A DNA stretch of 62,964 nucleotides, filler included, from Collodictyon triciliatum (Eukaryota): the NCBI GenBank assembly GCA_043381765.1. It is 13 parts of 13 records of this genome, joined end to end, with 100 filler letters (N's around TTAATTAATTAA, not from the genome) between each part and the next. Parts side by side here need not be neighbours in the genome. Positions count along the whole stretch, not along the records: positions 51,678 to 56,359 come from JBHJMP010005850.1; positions 56,460 to 61,138 come from JBHJMP010005851.1; positions 61,239 to 62,964 come from JBHJMP010005955.1; 10 more parts are not named here. The stretch is one strand, 5' to 3'. The translations under genes and the position numbers were made by a program. The notes under the pieces are model-generated. The model worked only from the letters and a program-made list of their open reading frames with translations. It was not told the origin of the DNA and searched no databases. Below, piece after piece: positions 54,220-62,964 of this stretch (its first letter is position 1; each line of letters begins with the position of its first letter).

Positions 54220-54593
54220 TGTGGTCCTTATGGAGTGTGCGTGCATTCTCTCGCTCCAATGATTCACTCGAACAAGAAATCAGTGTATCCAGGCTCGAAA
54301 ACCTCGTGCAATACAGCTTCCTGAACAGCCTGTTGAAGCACGCCCGCATTCTTCGCTACTCTGACCGCAAGCGATGAGATGTGTGGGAATGTGTCGTGAG
54401 ATATCTCCCACAACATATCCAACCCCTGCTACCCACACAACCAATCAGCCAGTTGGGACGCCCACCTGACCAACTCGTTATCACTGATTTCTTTCCAGTG
54501 CTACCCTCTCTACAGTAGTGTCTTCTCTTACTCGCGTTTGTTCTCTCCCATGCGCTCCCATCCCGCCCCTTTGTATGGCATAACCTAGCTACA
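54220..54593. mobile_element. Candidate solo LTR / interspersed repeat (374 bp)
   Basis: GC-richer island bounded by TGTGG...CTACA (near-inverted TG..CA termini), containing CCAAT and CCCGCCCC boxes. A second copy lies at 22768-22866. No clean TSD is seen. Confidence 0.45.
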
Positions 54594-56849
54594 CTTTGAA
54601 TCGAGTAAAGGGAAAAAATAATTGATTATTATTTGTTGGTGTTTCCAAATTTGATATATATTAAAGTTACTCATTCAACAGTAAAATTTATTTTATTCTC
54701 CCAACAAATCAAAAGCAATATTCTTACCGATTCCACTGATGCTTTTGTTGCAGATGCTATGCAATCCGATCAGCTGTTCACTGTAATATTTTTAATCTTA
54801 GATATAATTAGTCAAAGAAATCAAATTTGGAGTTGAAAAGAGTAAAATCATAAAAAAAAAAAATATTGCGATAGTAAATATCAACAACAGTAAATAGATT
54901 ACCCGCTTTTTGACCATGCAGAATGAATCCTCCTCTTACTACAGCGATACATTACTCGAGTGAACAATTAATGTTTCTGGTGAGATCAATATGATTTATT
55001 TTAAAAGAATAGCCTTTCATGTTATGAAGCTGATATAAAAAAACTCTGATTCATGCGATAGGGACAAGTTGAGGTTAAAAATTTTTTTATTACTGACCAT
55101 ACGCCAAATGAACAGTATCAGTCTCAGGGGTGCGGTCATTAAAGATGAACTTTTCCTCTCTTTTTGGCCACAGCTCAATCATTTTCTCTACCCTATAGGC
55201 AATATGGATCATTTGGGTATGGTTTACACATACATAGATAAAAATAAAAGCAAATATCGAGATATATTTTGATACGGCCCGTGATCGATTAAAGTCAACA
55301 ATTATAGTAAATAGAATTTCAACAATAATTGATCATTAGCCCTTATTCGTCAGCAATCCCCCAGGCGCAATAAATTATGAGGAGCTTAGTGTGTCATCCT
55401 GATAGTAAGCTTCCAGGCATGTTATATTAACGGCAGTATCACTTAATGGAAAAATAAAAATTAAGAGGGAAAATAATTAAAATATATAGATGAGAAATTA
55501 AAAAAAAAACTGCCAATATAAGAAACCCGTGAAAAGGCTGAAGTTAGAACCAAATAACCAACAGAGCAAAACAACCAAACTGAAAGCAACGATCTAACTA
55601 GAAGAGATATACTTAAAGCCTGCATCTGTGGAAAAGACCAGCGAAGTGAGCATGATGTGGGCAGCAGAGCAACAAAAGACCCAGTCATTGTCACACCCTT
55701 GGAAAGTGTCTTAAACTGCACGAGATGGGATCAGAGTCTATTATATACTATGAATGATAGGATAACACATAGGCTATAGCATTGTTGATAAGAAATATAA
55801 AAAAAATAGAACGATTGGTGGTTCAGACAACGTAGATGCGTGACCAACAATCCTCTGCAACAGGATGCTCCGTGGCTATAATAGTCCTACCCCCACTTTT
55901 TTTTCCTTTATTCGGTTCAAAGTAGTCCTAGCCTCACTTGACTTGCGAATACGTATAATAATAAGGGGCCCTAACAAACTAGTACATGACATTAGAAAAG
56001 TTGAGTTTAGAGTTATTTAGATATGTAAATGAATTTTCTGTATAGTCTCGAGCTTGGGTTGGTAAGTAACAACATAACCCAGGGATTATACAAGGCAATA
56101 ACAAAGCCCATCATATCCACTTTTGCTGAAAGCAATCATTCGCTGCCCTTGTTTGTATCTTTAATAATTGCTATCATGTACTAGCGTTGGATAGACTACT
56201 CCACTCTCGATCAAGTCTTTCGGTTTTCTGACAAAGGTAAAAGACCAGCTTAGGTTACACATTTTTGTTTGTTTGTTTGTTTGTTTGTTTGTTTGTTTGT
56301 TTGTTTGTTTGTTTGTTTGTTTGTTTGTTTGTTTGTTTGTTTGTTTGTTTGTTTGTTTGNNNNNNNNNNNNNNNNNNNNNNNNNNNNNNNNNNNNNNNNN
56401 NNNTTAATTAATTAANNNNNNNNNNNNNNNNNNNNNNNNNNNNNNNNNNNNNNNNNNNNTATGTTTTTATGTTTTTATGTTTTTATGTTTTTATGTTTTT
56501 ATGTTTTTATGTTTTTATGTTTTTATGTTTTTATGTTTTTATGTTTTTATGTTTTTTAATTGAGATACGATCGAAAAGCACGCAATGTGACACGCTGATC
56601 TTGCGATGATCCTTGCACGAAGCGACGCTGACCACAACAAAACCCTCACGCGAGCACTAAAACCCTGGTGCTATGAAATCCACATAAGAAAATTTTGGCC
56701 TAACATCGCACGCGCCGAGCGACAGAATGGCATTCCATCTGTATCCATTTGGATGAAGTCGAGGGAAGAAGGAGCCTCATTCTGAATCTGGAGCAGCCAT
56801 ATATATTCGCGGTTTTTGGCTGGGTGCAAGCACGCAACACGAAACATTG

Positions 56850-56985
56850 TTATGAGTAAAAATTCCTTCGAGGGGGAATATACTATCGAAAGATTGGTAA
56901 ACCTGGTGCGCTAGAATCCAAGGTCTCACCACTTTTTTCACAAAGGTTGTGTAGTGGTGAAGACTGCCAGGAAAGACCCAACAGC
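56850..56985 (-). ncRNA. Candidate Fanzor omegaRNA scaffold
   Basis: Directly 3' of the Fanzor ORF. Nested stems on +: gtctcaccact(56923-33)/agtggtgaagac(56953-64), inner cacaa/ttgtg, outer cctgg(56902-06)/ccagg(56967-71). A second stem ctttcga/tcgaagg reads on the minus strand. Confidence 0.55.
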
Positions 56986-58892
56986 CTATTTTTTTTTAGA
57001 GAAAGGTGTATGCATTTTTTGAAGGATTGAAAGAACTTTCTTGGGTATTTTTTTAGCGCTGTTAAAGTCCCTTGTCAAGAATACACTTTGTTTGCTTTCT
57101 GAGCGATTACATTCTTTACATGTGTGACATATATACACCTTTTTTGTATTTCCTTTCAATTCCATATTTTCCAGTTCTTTTTCGCAGTTACAACACACCT
57201 TGGAGGTTCTAAATTCATCTACGCTAACTGTTTCAAAACATTTGGATAGTATTTTTCGTAATCCTTTTCTGATTGTTGGCATAAAATATTTCATCTGAGA
57301 GTTTCTGCTCAAGTTTCCATTCGCCAATACAACATCCTTGCCAAATGTCTTTTCGGTTCAGTCCATAAACAACTGTTCACTTCTTTTTGTATTAACATAC
57401 TTTCTCCATCTCATCTTTCGAAAAGTTACTTGTTCATAAAATCTGGAAAACCCTATCTGGTATCTTGATTTCATAGATACATATTTTCTAAACTTTTCAT
57501 AATCGACCATGCATGAATTATGTTTGCTCAGTCCTGTCTCTAAATCGATTAAAGATAGTCTTGATGTCTCAAACTGCTGATTCTCTTCAAAATTCATGTG
57601 ACAAAAAGAAATAGCACTTTGTAAACCTGTTTCCATGCATATCCCTGAACAATTGTAATTTTTTTCTCGCGCAAGAGTATTTTGTGATTTTTAAGAGGTT
57701 TGCTATCATATCTTCTTTGGTGTGCTGTGTAACGTAATTTCTTGCCTGTCTCATCCACCATGTAAACAAAATAAAACTTACCTGCGTCCACTCCATCTAT
57801 TTTCTTTTGCCGCTAATAAATATAACAGGTCTTCGGAAAGTTCATCAATATAGACATATTGGGTTTTTTTTTTCATTATATCTGAATTTTGAATTTGAAA
57901 TACCTTTCTTTTCAAACAATAATGACACCACCAAGCCGTCTGTTTGTATCATGTATTTAAAATTGTAGTATCTTTGATGAAATACCCTCTTCTTCATTTC
58001 AAAAAAAAAATCATCCCATAGGTTCTCTTCGCATTCTGATATATTCTCGAGTAATAATCTTTTTCCAGTTGTTACTAATAGATCTATCAAAGATGCGGTA
58101 TCTAGAGTAATATGACATGGTATATTGGTAGTTCTTATAGAGATTCGTTGATACTTTTTTGGCTCCAATGTCCTCAAAAATGCGATTCGTGTAAATCAGA
58201 TGTGGAATGTACTTCGGATTGACTTTGGCGTCATATTCGATACCTTTTACAATATCGCTTGGAATGATATGATGCAAATGCAACATAGCCCATTCTTTAT
58301 ATTTTTCCGGTATTTCGAGTTTCTTGGAGATGGCTTTTTTTTAATTTTCGTAACTCTGCCTTTTTAATAGCTTACGTAATATTCTCATCTTTAGGAACTG
58401 TTTGATTTATGTAGCGCAATAACCCCTTTAAAAAATGCTCCTTAATGTTATTATGATAAGCTGTTAACATTTGCTTCGCCAAGTACGGTAATACATGAGA
58501 CAGTCCAACCAACGGAAAGTGTTCTTATCGGGACAAAAGGAATCGAAAGTCATTGAGATAAAAAGTCATCATGTCGATACTTATATCTGGTTTTTTTTAA
58601 ATCTTCCTGGTCTATCTTATGAAACGATTCCCACTGTCTTTAAAGCGTACAAAAAACAAAAAACAAAAAAAAAACATTTGATTGGTTGTTGGGAGTTGTG
58701 ATTTCAATATGTAACATCTTACAAACAGATAAGTGTCGGTAATGTAAAGTTATGACACAATAAAACCGTATCGTTGATTTCGTCATAGTCATCCGGATTC
58801 TTTGCAATCAACTTTAGAGATGTTTACACATTTCGATAGTCTGGTTTTACAGACTTTATATTCTCAGACCCAAGATGTTTTCTTTTCTTCAT
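56986..58892 (-). pseudogene. Degenerate Fanzor1 (eukaryotic TnpB-derived RNA-guided endonuclease), intronless, with multiple frameshifts and stops
   Basis: Fragments in order: MKKRK..TSLKLI..EINDTV..TYLFVRCYIL..YLAKQMLTAYHNNIKEHFLKGLLRYIN..IPCHITLDTASLIDL..MIQTDGLVVSLLF..GVDAGKFYFVYMVD (RuvC-I)..RKMRWRKY..MKYFMPTIRKGLRK..VDEFRTSKVCCNC (RuvC-II, Zn)..CKEC..TRDFNSA (RuvC-III). Confidence 0.88.
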
Positions 58893-58938
58893 CTGAACGT
58901 CTTTGTTTTACGTTTTCCTTTAGAAAACTACCAAGTTT

Positions 58939-58946
58939 TCAATTTT
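58939..58946 (-). promoter_or_regulatory. AAAATTGA motif (Mimiviridae early-promoter consensus) about 46 nt upstream of the Fanzor ATG
   Basis: + strand tcaatttt at 58939-58946. The motif also occurs by chance elsewhere in this AT-rich window. Confidence 0.35.
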
Positions 58947-61329
58947 AATAAAGCTTTAGTCAATTATCCAATTTAAAAAAACTGCGTAAAATCAATTCAG
59001 GTAAAATTAAGCATCTACCGAGACCCTCAAAATATGCACGTTGCGACAAACAAGCACATTAACTTTTTTTTTAGAAGTAATTTGAGACAAAACGCTGAGA
59101 GCCAATTCGGCGAGTTCGAAAGGATGGCCGTATAGAAACTGCGATTGAAAGTCAACATATCGGTCCCAAACAACATGATTACCGCCGCAAGTGTGGATAG
59201 AATGCTTTTTTGAAATGCATGTTTGGTGGCAGGTTTATAGGGGGGATTCTGTCTGGGCCAAGGCAAGGGCTTGTTTGTCATTTTTGAATTTTAATGGGAT
59301 AGTAATATTACATAATAGAAAATAAAATATAAATCAATTACAGGAATAGAATGAAATTATGAAGTATTTTAACCTTATTATATATACTAATTATATTATT
59401 CAGGTTGCTTCTTGGATTTATCAAAGCTCTTGCTTCCGTCAATCCAGATTAAATTCGATGATTGCCTGTGCAATAAATTGCTCTATATATGGGTACACTT
59501 TCGTTGTATTAAAAGTGGTGTGCTTGGAAGGGATAAAACCAAATTCGTCACAACCTTTGCGATGAAATTTAACCATTTACAGGCTGAATGTGACTGAAGA
59601 AAAAAAAGAAAAATAGAAAAAGAAAAAATAAATGAATCAGAGTAACTAATGCTGAGCGCTATAACCATAATTATCTTACTGCCCGTGAGTTGATGGCTTG
59701 AGCTTGAATCATATAAGCCCTTTCTTCAGTAGCCTCTTGGTCTCTTGCTCCCCATGGGTCGGTGGCTTGGGCTCGATTGGTTTTTTATTCCCCATTAATT
59801 TTAGTTTTAGTATAAGTTTTAGTGTTAGTATTAGTATTATTGTTATTATTATTATTGTTATTATTGTTATTATTGTTATTATTGTTATTATTGTTATTAT
59901 TATTATTATTATTCGTTATTATTATTCGTTATTATTATTCGTTATTATTATATGTTATTATTATTGTTATCATTATTCGTTTCAAAGAGCTCGCTCCGTC
60001 TTTTTATTAGCTTGTTGGCTCACGGGTCGGTGGCAGCTGGCGTCATGATCGTTGGTGTGTCTCTGTGCGTAACCTGTGTTGTAAGGGATGTGCTAAAGTG
60101 ACCTTTTCGATCTCTGCGTTGGCTGCGTCGGCCTTCTCGTTTTGCGTACGATTAGTAGGCATCCCACGGGGCAGGGCTGTGGCGTCGGTCTCCTGGTAGG
60201 CGGTCTCGTCCTTCTTGGGATCCCTCTCACCGATCGCTTGCTTGTTTTTTTTTTTTTTCGGCTTCAGAATGTGACGGGTTGAGAGAAGAAAAGAAAGCTA
60301 GTGTGATAATATTATTTTATGAAATATGTGCTCTCTTCTCCCTTGGTGTTTATTATTTCTCAGCAAATGAGACTTTTTCTTAGTTATAGTGTTCTTTCGT
60401 TGTTCCTCTCAACACCATCTCTCTCAGTGCGATCATCACATTTAGTCACATTGCGAGGTATAGAATAGAATAACCTTCGGGAAGGTTGTCTCACAGCCAC
60501 AAACAAACAAACAAACAAACAAACAAATAAATTTATCATACCATATATGAAAATCTATTCTGGATGGTATCATTATCTTACAAAATTTTAACAATTTAAT
60601 CATTCGTAACCGTATATTGCTCTCATTTAATATCTATGAATCCCTTTTTATACACTCAATGTTCATAGACAACGATGTTGCCAGCAACACAGTCGTGGTA
60701 TGGCGTCGGTCTGACACCCCGTGAGATAACTGGCAGGCACCACATCCGCTGAGAACCTTCCTTTTACGTCCACACCGAGGCCGAGGGTGATTAGAATTGC
60801 GCTGGGAGCCAGACAAAAGCTTGGACAAAAACCTACACACGAACCCGCACGGAAAGCGCGTGACCGTCCCAAAACATTACAGCACCATACGAAAGTCCAA
60901 TGCGCTTCTTGCCCGCGATGTGAGGAGGCTGTCCTAGAAATGCACAAACCACGTAGCTGCTTCCTCGTTTGAAACGAAGGGAACGTGCGCAGATGAAAAT
61001 GATAATGACAACATAGTGAAAGAGGATGCATTGTCTTAATAAAAAAAAGAATAAAAGAATAAAAGAATAAAAGAATAAAAGAATAAAAGAATAAAAGAAT
61101 AAAAGAATAAAAGAATAAAAGAATAAAAGAATAAAAGANNNNNNNNNNNNNNNNNNNNNNNNNNNNNNNNNNNNNNNNNNNNTTAATTAATTAANNNNNN
61201 NNNNNNNNNNNNNNNNNNNNNNNNNNNNNNNNNNNNNNAAAAAATTTTTTAAAGAAAAATTTTTTAAAAAAAACCTTTAAAAAAACCGGATTAAAAAAAA
61301 AAAAAAAAAAAAAAAAGTGGAAAGCTCAC

Positions 61330-61811
61330 TTGAAAAACAAACTTGTCCAAGACTGCATACCGGGCAACCGTAATGATGGATACAAAGACGAACACATATG
61401 CAATGTCGGATGAGCGAGCATAATGATATCCTTCTGGTGCGATCTCCCGCTCAGGCCCCGTGTATTCTAGTGAGTACTCCCAAACCCCAACAGAGAGAAC
61501 GGACGAGACGGCCAGAAAAATCAGCCCTTTCTCTATCAGGCTGAGCTTATACCTGGTGATCACGGCAAGGTTTGAGAGACGGTTGGTTATTTGGCAAATG
61601 TAGTCAGAAGAGTGAGGCTTACGGCTTTTTTTCGGGCTGTCTGTGTCGTGCAGAGTGAAGAGGATAAAGTGGTTAGTTTACTTCTGATCGTCATAGCCGC
61701 ACAACGAAAGTGAATTCAAGAAAACGTCGTAGTCACGGTAATAAAGTGCTTGTATTACTTGGCGGCCATCTTTCCTTTGGCCTTGCCTTTTCCTTCGCTG
61801 GGCTGCTTCAT
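61330..61811 (-). CDS. Membrane protein 5' part, possibly ceramide synthase (LAG1/TLC family), truncated at linker
   Basis: MKQPSEGKGKAKGKMAAK|YKLSLIEKGLIFLAVSSVLSVGVW...YHYARSSDIAYVFVFVSIITVARYAVLDKFVFQ; the splice is in phase and resembles the LAG1 pre-TLC segment. Confidence 0.5.
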
Positions 61812-62479
61812 CCTTTGTTTGGCCACTCGGGCACAAAGCTGACCTATATAAGTGTCTGTGAGTCACCAAAAGGCTGGCATGGCATGACTAGGGAGTTGGT
61901 TGACCTTTCTGGCATTCCTTTCGTTCGCTTTCTTTTTCTTTTTCTTTTTCTTTTTCTTTTTCTTTTTCTTTTTCTTTTTCTTTTTCTTTTTCTTTTTCTT
62001 TTTCTTTTTCTTTTTCTTTTTCTTTTTCTTTTTCTTTTTCTTTTTCTTTTTCTTTTTCTTTTTCTTTTTCTTTTTCTTTTTCTTTTTCTTTTTCTTTTTG
62101 CTCTTCAGATCCGTGCAGATTACAACAGGCGCAAATAACATCGTACGACATCGCTGCGAGTGCCAGGATCGAGAAAGACTACTGTTTCTTTTCGTCACAC
62201 GTGCTGGTTCTTCTAAAGGTTACAAATGTGGATGGTGTGGCGACTTTCTTCAATAGTACATGTGCATAGCACTCTAGTATAGTTTTATATAATAGTGGTT
62301 AAAACATCCGTGTAGGAGCAAAATTGAAAACATGAATTATAAAATCCGCATTTGATTCTGAATAACATTTAAATATTATTTTTAATAACACTGGCGCGGA
62401 AAATCCCGAGTTGCACACAAGTCTAGGAAGACCCGCGCAAGGAAGCCGCCTACAAGTCTGTCTGACCGAACTTTTTTTT

Positions 62480-62964
62480 TGCACGAGGTCGAGCAAGTCG
62501 CCTACAACAAGAACAAGAACTGCAGGCTAACTGATACGCCCGCCTCCTTCTTGAAAGCGAACAAGATTTGGGAATAGTCCATCCAATTGCGCTTACCGGA
62601 CAGCGAAGGCCTTTGCCTGATCGCCTTCTGCACTGCAGAGAACGCCCGAAAGCTTCTGGAACTGAAGCAGGTAAGTTCGATTGATATTACGATCAGCTCC
62701 AGCAGAAGTAAACCAACAAAAACCTCGGTGATAATCTACCAACTACCGCTGGACATGTGGCCGCAACTCCTTCGTGAGGAGCTGAAGCCGTTCAGACCGA
62801 CCCACGTGGACATCAAAAAGGACAAAGGCTTCTTCACAGACACGTCCGTGGTGAAGCTTCTTTGTCACAAAAATCAGCTCCCTGCAAAGTTTACGGTCAT
62901 GGGCAAAAAGTGTCCAAAGCGCATCCTCAAAGAGCGTCCGCCAGCCGCATACAACGAACGACAA
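62480..62964 (+). mobile_element. Probable non-LTR retrotransposon ORF1 (gag-like) remnant, running off the window end
   Basis: Reading frame with one TAG (62575): ..NARKLLELKQV..SVIIYQLPLDMWPQLLREEL..TDTSVVKLL..QLPAKFTVMGKKCPKRILKERP. This resembles the pre-zinc-knuckle region of I/Jockey-group ORF1. Confidence 0.5.

Noticed and set aside
51678-56359. Genes in this scaffold
   Set aside because: Only short stop-interrupted frames with no recognisable family.

Overview
This is AT-rich, intron-dense eukaryotic (protist-like) DNA using the standard code. It is not one locus. Twelve identical 100-nt linkers (44 N + TTAATTAATTAA + 44 N), spaced about 4.78-4.80 kb apart, join what look like size-sorted unplaced scaffolds, so adjacency across linkers is not biological and many genes are cut off. 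Spliced host genes read by eye: prohibitin, a divergent Arf-like GTPase, RabGGTase beta, an EDEM/GH47 mannosidase, an ABCC N-terminal part, an SLC12 cotransporter, COMMD4, a syntaxin-7/12-like Qa-SNARE, a probable DNA polymerase alpha N-terminus, AIDA, a quinone oxidoreductase, a DSP-type pseudophosphatase, and weaker FAM192A-like and ceramide-synthase-like fragments. Also present are tRNA-Ala(AGC) and an intronless SLC13/TrkA-C transporter. Two items stand out. (1) A decayed giant-virus-type Fanzor1 (TnpB-derived RNA-guided nuclease) at 56986-58892, with all three RuvC acidic residues, a structured candidate omegaRNA downstream and an AAAATTGA motif upstream. (2) A probable secreted protein with at least about 52 tandem 18-aa repeats (YGHTDTQQKTPVYSESNQ) that resemble ice-nucleation beta-solenoid coils. 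All calls come from manual reading; no database searches were run.
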